Positions 26,703-33,731 of a DNA stretch of 33,731 bases are shown piece by piece; the first letter of the stretch is position 1; the number at the start of each line of letters is the position of its first letter. The translations under genes were made by a program, and so were the position numbers. Under the pieces are notes generated by a model, which did no database searches, was not told the DNA's origin, and worked only from the letters and a program-made list of their open reading frames with translations. The stretch is from Gemmatimonadota bacterium (GTDB taxonomy: Bacteria > Latescibacterota > UBA2968 > UBA8231), in assembly GCA_038153405.1 (NCBI GenBank), contig JAYOYH010000042.1, positions 1 to 33,731 of the forward strand, read 5' to 3'.

Positions 26703-27218
26703 GTGATCTGTCCATCCTGTGGCCACGACAACATGCGTGGTTCGGATACCTGTGCCGAGTGCGGTACGAGCGTGGAGCTGGATAGCGTAGAGCACGAGGA
26801 AGGCTCGCTCGGGGTTTTGTCCAAGCCGCTGTCCAGCCTTCAGCAGCGAGTCCCTGAGTGCATCCCCTTGAATGCGGCCATGACTGAAGTGTTGGCGCGC
26901 CTCAAGGGCAAGAATGTCGGTTCGCTGCAGGTCGTCGATGAAGCGGGCAAACTCGTCGGTATTTTCACTGAGCGCGATGTGCTAAATAAAGTGGCGGGCC
27001 TAATAAAGGATCCCGATCAGATCGTCGTCGAGAGCTTGATGACGCCCAACCCCACCGCATTGCGCCCCGATATGGCTATTCAGCACGCCCTGCACCTGAT
27101 GAGCGTGCATGGATTTCGCCACATACCGCTAGTAGACGAAGAAAATAGGCCAGTGGGCGTGATCTCTTTTCGCGACGTAGTCGGCCTTATCGAACGCCAT
27201 TTTGCACCGCGTTCCTGA
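26703..27218 (+). CDS. Zinc-ribbon plus CBS-pair protein
   Basis: CPSCG..N....DTCAECG, then LVGIFTERDVL, LMTPNP and GFRHIPLVD. GTG start 6 nt after AGGAGG. Confidence 0.9.
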   Translation: MICPSCGHDNMRGSDTCAECGTSVELDSVEHEEGSLGVLSKPLSSLQQRVPECIPLNAAMTEVLARLKGKNVGSLQVVDEAGKLVGIFTERDVLNKVAGLIKDPDQIVVESLMTPNPTALRPDMAIQHALHLMSVHGFRHIPLVDEENRPVGVISFRDVVGLIERHFAPRS

Positions 27219-27265
27219 ATATCCGATGCGCAGTGCGCCATCGGAGCGCCTTGGATACTTAAGCA

Positions 27266-27298
27266 AAAGAGCCGGCCTTAGTTGGTCGGCTTTTTTTT
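27266..27298 (+). terminator. Rho-independent terminator of the CBS-korAB-CBS operon
   Basis: AGCCGGCC-TTAGTT-GGTCGGCT stem followed by a T-run. Confidence 0.8.
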
Positions 27299-27309
27299 AG
27301 GGGGAAAAT

Positions 27310-27798
27310 ATGCTCTCTTGTCGATGGAGTGCGCTCTTAATTGGCCTACTTGGGGCCGTGATGATCCAGCCCAAGGCAGCTACTGCCGAGCTGCGTTGGG
27401 GAGACCTCAACGCCGAACGAACGGTTTTAACCGCGGATTGGCTGCGCCTACAGCTCGATGTCTTAGGTCTGCGGTTGAGCTATCCGGCCTATAGGGTTTC
27501 TCTGGAAATGGGGGATGAGCCCGATATCCTGTTTACGTTTGTAGCGAGTGGGGGTATGGCAAAGCACCTTACAGAGGATACCAGTCGCGAACAGGCCGAA
27601 GAGGTCATTGCCTATCACGCACGCGGCATCCGCGACCAGATAGAACAGCTTATAGAGAGGGAGTTTCCCGCGCTTTCTGCAACCTTTGATGCGAAGGGCG
27701 ATATTCGCGGTCTATTTATGGGCCCTGGAGAAGAATGGAGCGACCCACCGCGGCTAATTGGCGAGTGGAGCGACGATGCCTTTTCTTGGTCTCCCTGA
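27310..27798 (+). CDS. Secreted hypothetical protein
   Basis: Signal peptide ending ATA; fills the gap between the terminator and the next gene; no recognised motif. Confidence 0.65.
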   Translation: MLSCRWSALLIGLLGAVMIQPKAATAELRWGDLNAERTVLTADWLRLQLDVLGLRLSYPAYRVSLEMGDEPDILFTFVASGGMAKHLTEDTSREQAEEVIAYHARGIRDQIEQLIEREFPALSATFDAKGDIRGLFMGPGEEWSDPPRLIGEWSDDAFSWSP

Positions 27799-27813
27799 TA
27801 AGAGAGGTGTATT

Positions 27814-30800
27814 GTGGTCAAGGGTGAATTGCAGCGGGCCCTAATCGGACTTCCAGAGGAGGTCGGCAAGCTCGCCGATGGACTGGCTGAAAAACTGCAA
27901 ATAGCAAACGGCGATTTGGAAGAACAGTTGCTCGACGAGGAGCTGTGGTCCTCTGTTGATTTGCTGCAAAATATCGGCATAAAACACCACCAGCTTTTTG
28001 ATGAAGTCGCCGATCACATTCGCGCCGGAGAGTCGCGCGATGCGATCAAAGAATGCGTTCGTGAAGGCCGTATCGCCATTGGTGACTGGTTGTTTAACCG
28101 CTTTAAAGATATCGCCATGGGGCAGGATCCCAACGGAGGAGCACGCCGCGCTTTCGCAAATTACCTGCAGGCACTCGAGCACATCTGCCGGGAAAGCCCT
28201 AGCGCGATGCTAATTGTAGAGCAGCACGATGCCCTCTTTGCTCCAGCTCGCGGCGATAGCTGGGCGGTCCTATTGGCAAAGGGCATTAAAAGGCCGTTGC
28301 GCACCCATATGGGCATGCGCTTCACCCGCGAATTTGCTCCGAGCGAGCTCGCGCAATTTTATCTTCTCGTCGATTTGCCAAGACACTTACTGGGCATCGC
28401 CAATATGGTGGGAGAGGCCGAGTTCTTTTTGCTGCGTCGCGTAAAGTCGCTCTATGAAGAACTGGCCAGCCTGTATAATCTCTTTCTGGCCGAATTGGAT
28501 GAAAAACAGAGCGAGACCAACAGTGAAGAGTGGGTTGCAAGCGCCCGTCGAGTGCGAGACGAAATCGATGAGAGTTTTAAACTGGTAGGCGCGGAAGTGA
28601 TGAAGTACTACGAAGATATTCGCCGTGCGTTGGGCAGGCAGGAAGACGACGTCCTGCTCCGTTGGATTGATGCAGCCGCTCGGCGCGGGGCGATTGGTCA
28701 GGGGCGGAGGATGCGTGCCGACGAGCGCATGGGGCAGGAGGCAAAGGGGGAGTTGGACCTGCGGCTTAATCGGTGGGGAGGGTATCTGGTTGGCTATGCG
28801 GGTGTGTACACGATGGAGTTGGAGGTGGCGCGGGTGCAGAACGAGCTGCGCCACGCCATCGATGAAACGGTTTTGCGCATCAACAAGCGTTTGTTCCAAC
28901 GGTTGCAAGACGAGTGCCGGCCGGTGCGGGAAGCGCTGGGACAAACGCTGGAGGCCCTGCGCCAGTGTACGCGAGGAGGGGTTAGTTCGGAGCAGGTGCG
29001 TAAAGAGGTGGACGACCACCGCGAGCAGCTGGTAACCCTTTGCAATACCGATACTCAGCGTCGGCTGCGCTCCATTGCTGCCAGCGGGGAAATCAGCCAA
29101 CTAATGGATGTGTTGGCCGAGCGCTTTCGCAAACTCGTCGAAGGAACCGTCGACAAGTTTCAGATCATTGAATTGGATGATTTGCCGATGCGTGAGGGCT
29201 TTGTACCAGGCGAAGTGCCTCTAAAAAGTGCGCCGATGAGGGCCGTTGTGCGCACCTATATCGAACGCGAATTAACTCACCGACTAGCCGATGTCAATCA
29301 GTCCATGATTGCCCAGGTCGAGGCGGTATTGCAATCCGTCGAACAGTTGGGACAAACCGTCGACTTTAGCTTGGGAACCGTTTCGGTCGAAATGCGCGAG
29401 GTGGGTAAGCAGCCAGAAGAACTCGTAGGTGTAGCCCTCAGTCGGCTGCGGCGGGCAGAGGAGAAACTCGTAGCTGACGTAAAGAAAACCGAAGCATTAA
29501 ACGCCGACGTCGAAAAGAAGACCATTGCATCTGTTGCGGACGTTGCGCGGCGTTTGCGCCAGATGATACTCGATGAGAGCGTGGTTGAAATGCAGCGCCA
29601 AATCAACCGCTCCAGCGGCAAGAAAGGCGCAGTCCGCAAGGCAAAACCAAGCGTTACGCAGCCCCAAGGTAGTCCCCCTAAGCCAAAAGAGAAAGCGCGA
29701 GCTGAGGAAGAGGAATACGGTAAAGCGGCGGTGTTGGGCTATGAAGTAATTTTGGATTTACAACAGAGAATAGATGAAAAAGTACCCTTTGCTTATAGGC
29801 GATTGTTCCGCACGGCGCCGTTGGAGGTCAGCGACTTTTTGCGCGGTCGCTCGCTGGCTCTCGGTGCAATAGAAAGCGCTGTGAGGCGATGGTCGCAGGG
29901 CGGGTTTTCTGCCATCGCATTAGTGGGTGAGCAAGGGAGTGGAAAGACGAGTTTGATCAACTGTGCGATGGAAGAGAAGTTGGCGGGAATTCCCATCGTG
30001 CGGCACCGCATCCGCTCATCGTTAACCCAAATGGAAGAGTTTGTTCCGGTGTTAAAGAACCTCCTCGACGGACGCGCCGATGATTTGGAGACGCTGCGGA
30101 GCGAGGTTGAACGTTCAAACACGCGGCGTATTGTCATTCTCGAAGATGTGCACCAGCTCTACTTGCGAGCGAGGGGAGGGCTAGATTTGCTGCGGGCCCT
30201 GCTCGAGTTTATCGATGCAACCGGTGGCAACGTGCTGTGGATCGTCACCATTGACCAATATGCCTGGCAGTACCTCAACCACGCCCTGTCTCTATCGAGG
30301 CATTTTGCCTTTTTGATTGAGACCGGCAGGCTGAGCAGGGGCGAACTAGAGGGCGCCATTATGGCCCGACACCAAGCGACGGGGTATGAACTGTACTTCC
30401 TCGATAAACAGGGGAAGCGTTCTCAAGAGCAAGAAGCTGCGCGCGAGGAGTTTTTTAATGCCATGAGCCGCGTCTGTGCGGGCAATGTTTTCTCGGCGAT
30501 TTACTACTGGCTGCAGTCGGTGCAGACCGTAGCCGATAATGCCGTGGAAATTGCCTCAATAGAAGAGCTCAAATTGGATTTTCTCAGTTCGCTGACGGTT
30601 GAAGGCATGTTGAGCCTAGGCATGGTGATTCAGCATGGATCGCTTAGCGCGGAGCACTACGCGGCAATTTTTCACATGCCGCTAATAGAGGCCAATGCGC
30701 GACTGGCTCATCTACAGCGCATGGGCATGGTGCAGCAAAGCGAGCTTGGATCGGACAAGAGAGAATACTCCGTGAACCCGCTTTTATATCACCCCATTGT

Positions 30801-30834
30801 CGTCGAGTTAAAGCGCAGGAATATTGTGCAATGA
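27814..30834 (+). CDS. Large helical protein with C-terminal P-loop ATPase and winged-helix-like tail
   Basis: Walker A GEQGSGKT (29926-29949), Walker B IVILED, about 600 aa helical N-terminus, GAGAGG RBS. Confidence 0.75.
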   Translation: MVKGELQRALIGLPEEVGKLADGLAEKLQIANGDLEEQLLDEELWSSVDLLQNIGIKHHQLFDEVADHIRAGESRDAIKECVREGRIAIGDWLFNRFKDIAMGQDPNGGARRAFANYLQALEHICRESPSAMLIVEQHDALFAPARGDSWAVLLAKGIKRPLRTHMGMRFTREFAPSELAQFYLLVDLPRHLLGIANMVGEAEFFLLRRVKSLYEELASLYNLFLAELDEKQSETNSEEWVASARRVRDEIDESFKLVGAEVMKYYEDIRRALGRQEDDVLLRWIDAAARRGAIGQGRRMRADERMGQEAKGELDLRLNRWGGYLVGYAGVYTMELEVARVQNELRHAIDETVLRINKRLFQRLQDECRPVREALGQTLEALRQCTRGGVSSEQVRKEVDDHREQLVTLCNTDTQRRLRSIAASGEISQLMDVLAERFRKLVEGTVDKFQIIELDDLPMREGFVPGEVPLKSAPMRAVVRTYIERELTHRLADVNQSMIAQVEAVLQSVEQLGQTVDFSLGTVSVEMREVGKQPEELVGVALSRLRRAEEKLVADVKKTEALNADVEKKTIASVADVARRLRQMILDESVVEMQRQINRSSGKKGAVRKAKPSVTQPQGSPPKPKEKARAEEEEYGKAAVLGYEVILDLQQRIDEKVPFAYRRLFRTAPLEVSDFLRGRSLALGAIESAVRRWSQGGFSAIALVGEQGSGKTSLINCAMEEKLAGIPIVRHRIRSSLTQMEEFVPVLKNLLDGRADDLETLRSEVERSNTRRIVILEDVHQLYLRARGGLDLLRALLEFIDATGGNVLWIVTIDQYAWQYLNHALSLSRHFAFLIETGRLSRGELEGAIMARHQATGYELYFLDKQGKRSQEQEAAREEFFNAMSRVCAGNVFSAIYYWLQSVQTVADNAVEIASIEELKLDFLSSLTVEGMLSLGMVIQHGSLSAEHYAAIFHMPLIEANARLAHLQRMGMVQQSELGSDKREYSVNPLLYHPIVVELKRRNIVQ

Positions 30835-31349
30835 CCATCTATGCTCTGCTTTTGGCGTTGGCCCTACTCGTTTGGTGTTCCACCGGTGTTTTGCGGAACG
30901 CCTTTACTCGCTTGGTGTGGCATTTCAAAATGCCATTCCAGCCCGGCGACTACGTGAGTATCGGCGGCGTGGGAGGGCGCGTTGAAAAAATCGGTTGGCA
31001 GGCCGTTCAGCTACGCGGCACGTCTGGAGACCTAATTTCAGTCGCCAATGCGTTGGTCAGTGGTCAACCCGTGGTGCAAACCGTCGCCGACTCGGGGTCT
31101 CAGGGCATTGAAATGCACTTGCCGGTATATGGCGACCGCGATGAAACCCGCGCACGCCTTGCTGCCATGGAAGCGCTCTTACTGTCTCCCTATTTGGCTT
31201 TGGACAGACCGTTTGATGCGGCACTTGAGTTGGGACCTAGTGGCGAAACGCTGGTGCGGGTCCGAGCAGGAGTCTTTGATGCCAGCCAGCGCGTGCTCTT
31301 TGAGTCGTCGATCATCGAAACCTATCGCGCACTGCTATACGAAAAATAA
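30831..31349 (+). CDS. Short MscS-family (mechanosensitive channel) domain protein
   Basis: PFQPGDYVSIGGVGGRVEKIGWQAVQLR...GDLISVAN MscS beta-domain. ATGA overlap with the ATPase gene. Confidence 0.8.
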   Translation: MTIYALLLALALLVWCSTGVLRNAFTRLVWHFKMPFQPGDYVSIGGVGGRVEKIGWQAVQLRGTSGDLISVANALVSGQPVVQTVADSGSQGIEMHLPVYGDRDETRARLAAMEALLLSPYLALDRPFDAALELGPSGETLVRVRAGVFDASQRVLFESSIIETYRALLYEK

Positions 31350-31362
31350 CGGGGCAGTGCGC

Positions 31363-31593
31363 CTATTCCGGGTCGTGCTCCATCACGTCGCCGTGCAGCG
31401 ACTCGCTTAGCGGAATTAGCTTGTCGATGACCGGCTCTTCCGTTGTAATGAGCCACCCCCGCACTTTTTCTCCAAATACTACGATTTCTTTGGGTTCGAC
31501 TTCGACTACTTTTGACGTTGTCGTATGCCGTTCTTTTCTCGTGCAAAAAAAGGTATGGCGGCGAGTGGTGCCGCGCTCTGCATTAGTATTCAT
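31363..31593 (-). CDS. Small hypothetical protein downstream of hemE
   Basis: 76-aa ORF filling the gap between hemE and the convergent MscS gene; overlaps the hemE stop by 11 bp. Confidence 0.45.
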   Translation of the reverse strand: MNTNAERGTTRRHTFFCTRKERHTTTSKVVEVEPKEIVVFGEKVRGWLITTEEPVIDKLIPLSESLHGDVMEHDPE

Positions 31594-32623
31594 TGCTCGA
31601 CTGTCGATGTACTTCGGAAACTAAAAACGCTACGTTTTCATAGGGCATATCGGGCTGTAAGCCGTGCCCTAAGTTAAAAATATGCGGGCGATGGGCGACT
31701 TTTTGTAGCGTTTTACCTACCTCGTTAGCAATGGTTTTTTGGTCGGCATAGAGCACGCTCGGGTCTAGGTTGCCCTGCAGTACGGCATTTGTTCCCAAAG
31801 CGCCATAGGCCGCGTCTATATCAACGCGCCAATCTATGCTCAACACATCAGCACCTGTTTGCGAAAACAGGGGGAGGCAGTGCGTGGCGGCGAGCGGAAA
31901 GTAGATGCGCGGCACGTTTAATGGGGCGAGTGCTTCGTTTATGCGTTTTATATAGGGGAGCACAAACTGGCTAAAACTGTTTGCCGATAACACGCCAACG
32001 GACGTGTCGAAAATTTGCACCGCTTGAGCGCCATGCGCCACTTGGGCGCTTAAAAAAGAGATTACCAAATCAGTAAGGTGCTGCATTAACTGGTGGGCCG
32101 CTTCCGGCGCGCTGTGCATCATGGCGCGAAATGCGCTGAAGTCTTTTGAACTGCGCCCCTCGACCAACCAGGTGGCCAGGGTAAACGGCGAACCAGCGTA
32201 GCCAATGAGCGGTATGTGTTTCGGCAGGCTGGAACAGACCAAATCTATCGTTTCAAGCACATAGCTCAAATCGGTTTCGGGATCGACTGGGCGGAGGGAA
32301 TCGATATCGCTCTGGCTGCGCACCGGAGACGCGAAAACAGGTCCGGGCGCATAGGTGAAGGGGCAGCCGAGCGGCTCTAGAGGGGTCACTAAGTCAGTAA
32401 AGAGAATGGCGGCATCGACGCCCAATAGGTCTATGGGCATTAGGGTAATTTGGGCGGCCAAATCGGGGGTGGTAAAAAGGGTTTGAATAGAGGAGTGCTG
32501 TTCGCGTAGATCGCGGTAGGGTTTTAGCACTCTACCCGCCTGGCGCATGATCCAAATGGGTGTTTGGGATACGGCTTGGCCGCGACAGGCGCGCATAAAA
32601 AGGTCATGTGATGTATTGCTCAT
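31583..32623 (-). CDS. hemE: Uroporphyrinogen decarboxylase
   Basis: PIWIMRQAGR, DAAILF.D, PLIGYAGSPFT, LQGNLDP and HIFNLGHG motifs. ATG at 32623. Confidence 0.93.
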   Translation of the reverse strand: MSNTSHDLFMRACRGQAVSQTPIWIMRQAGRVLKPYRDLREQHSSIQTLFTTPDLAAQITLMPIDLLGVDAAILFTDLVTPLEPLGCPFTYAPGPVFASPVRSQSDIDSLRPVDPETDLSYVLETIDLVCSSLPKHIPLIGYAGSPFTLATWLVEGRSSKDFSAFRAMMHSAPEAAHQLMQHLTDLVISFLSAQVAHGAQAVQIFDTSVGVLSANSFSQFVLPYIKRINEALAPLNVPRIYFPLAATHCLPLFSQTGADVLSIDWRVDIDAAYGALGTNAVLQGNLDPSVLYADQKTIANEVGKTLQKVAHRPHIFNLGHGLQPDMPYENVAFLVSEVHRQSSNEY

Positions 32624-32651
32624 AGATGATTTAAAGGGGGTCGGAGAAAAG

Positions 32652-33731
32652 TTACCAGTTGGGACAAACACCTAGGGCGCGATTGTGTTGGGTGCGAGGT
32701 AAATGTCGCAGGCGAATGCCTTCTTCAGAGAAATAGGTGCAAACGAATTCAGAATTACTTGGGCCAGAATTCGTCCAATCAATAGTCTGTGTCAAAAAGG
32801 TTTCATCGAGAACAAGTCGCCCGACGATGAGGTCGTAGACTGCTTCCGGTAGCGAGCGCCGCCGCACGAAGTGGGAGGGGGTATTGATCGAAGTGGCCAG
32901 CTGCCGCAGGCACTGGTTTTGCTGCATAAAAGTTTTGTCTAGGCTATCGCGCATGGCCTCCGGCATGACAACCGTCCAACCCAACTTGGGTGCTTCGGCA
33001 TTGATAAAGGACGCGCCCTTAAACTGGGTTAGGTCTTTGATATCGGCAAAAAGGCTGAAATAGGTGCGCGCTAAATTCTTGACGGTGCACGAATAGAGCT
33101 GGCCTTTATGAATAAAGCGCGATATGCGCGGTATGAGGACGTACTGACCCTTTGAGGCAGGGTTGTTCTGCAATGCAATGAGGGGCTTGCTCTGAAATTT
33201 GTTCTTCAAGGCGTGATTAAGCTGGGTGATATCTTGCTTGGGCAGCTGTATGTCCAAACGAGTTAACAGCTCTTTAAGGCTAATTTTCGCTGCAAATATA
33301 TCAACGGCAGGTTGTTCTAATTCGGATTCTATGGAGTGCTGATCGCGAATCTTTGAGTCCTCTTCGGCAGAAGATCGCTGCGGAACCTTGCCCCTTGAGC
33401 CCGAGGCTACATCAGGGGCTCGCGCGCCAATTGTATTGGTGCGCTGCGGATGGTGAACGGGCTCCAGATCAAGAGGATTGCCACTGCTTTCGGGGGAGGA
33501 CTCACTCGCTATAAAGAGACCGTCTTGAATGCCATGTTCCTCTTCTTCGCCGTAGTCATCGTCGTCGTCGTCTTTGTCTTTGCTGCCGCCAAAGAGGTCG
33601 TTGGGGTCAGTCGATAGCGCCTCAGCAGCACTGCTTCGGGACGAAAGGCTTGGTTCCTCATTACCGTCCGTGCCATTTTCTTCCTCGCCAAGGCGGCTGG
33701 GTGTGTGCTCTTCGTCCTCGTCCTTGCCGAA
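32652..33731 (-). CDS. Hypothetical protein, 5'-partial; acidic disordered region plus globular C-terminal domain
   Basis: Frame of the 32652-33257 ORF stays open by manual translation to the window edge (FGKDEDEEHTPS...KDKDDDDDDYGEEEE...). Confidence 0.75.
   Translation of the reverse strand, partial: FGKDEDEEHTPSRLGEEENGTDGNEEPSLSSRSSAAEALSTDPNDLFGGSKDKDDDDDDYGEEEEHGIQDGLFIASESSPESSGNPLDLEPVHHPQRTNTIGARAPDVASGSRGKVPQRSSAEEDSKIRDQHSIESELEQPAVDIFAAKISLKELLTRLDIQLPKQDITQLNHALKNKFQSKPLIALQNNPASKGQYVLIPRISRFIHKGQLYSCTVKNLARTYFSLFADIKDLTQFKGASFINAEAPKLGWTVVMPEAMRDSLDKTFMQQNQCLRQLATSINTPSHFVRRRSLPEAVYDLIVGRLVLDETFLTQTIDWTNSGPSNSEFVCTYFSEEGIRLRHLPRTQHNRALGVCPNW

Noticed and set aside
28387..29100. 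237-aa antisense ORF
   Set aside because: Shadow of the 1006-aa gene.
33509..33691. 60-aa ORF with a Thr run
   Set aside because: Off-frame reading of the GAC (Asp) repeat of the longer partial CDS.
1..33731. CRISPR array, rRNA, or reverse-transcriptase/DGR elements
   Set aside because: No regularly spaced repeats, rRNA-like tract or RT motif noticed by eye.

Overview
Bacterial chromosomal window, moderately GC-rich. The gene repertoire suggests a diderm heterotroph; the taxon cannot be fixed from sequence alone. It opens in the 3' half of a tRNA-Lys(UUU), followed by a ~1.7 kb decayed islet closed by a degenerate copy of the tRNA 3' end. The islet holds an intact vapBC-type toxin-antitoxin pair and broken IS5- and IS3-family transposase fragments. 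Next come catabolic genes (glycoside-hydrolase-like protein, enolase-superfamily enzyme, UxuA-like, LLM oxidoreductase, TIM-barrel isomerase), an uncharacterised outer-membrane-barrel/periplasmic-protein/HisKA_2 kinase trio, an SdrD_B-repeat lipoprotein and uvsE. Further on, two GT-C-like membrane glycosyltransferases are coupled to a shortened UvrA paralogue with largely degenerate ATPase motifs. Then follow a CBS-korA-korB-CBS operon, a 1006-aa helical P-loop ATPase coupled to a truncated MscS-domain protein, hemE, and a partial acidic-tailed ORF running off the window end. Best candidates for undescribed biology: the probable pseudo-ATPase UvrA paralogue, the barrel/periplasmic/kinase module, the ATPase/mini-MscS pair and the CBS-flanked 2-oxoacid oxidoreductase. 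All family calls are from motif recognition by eye, not database searches.
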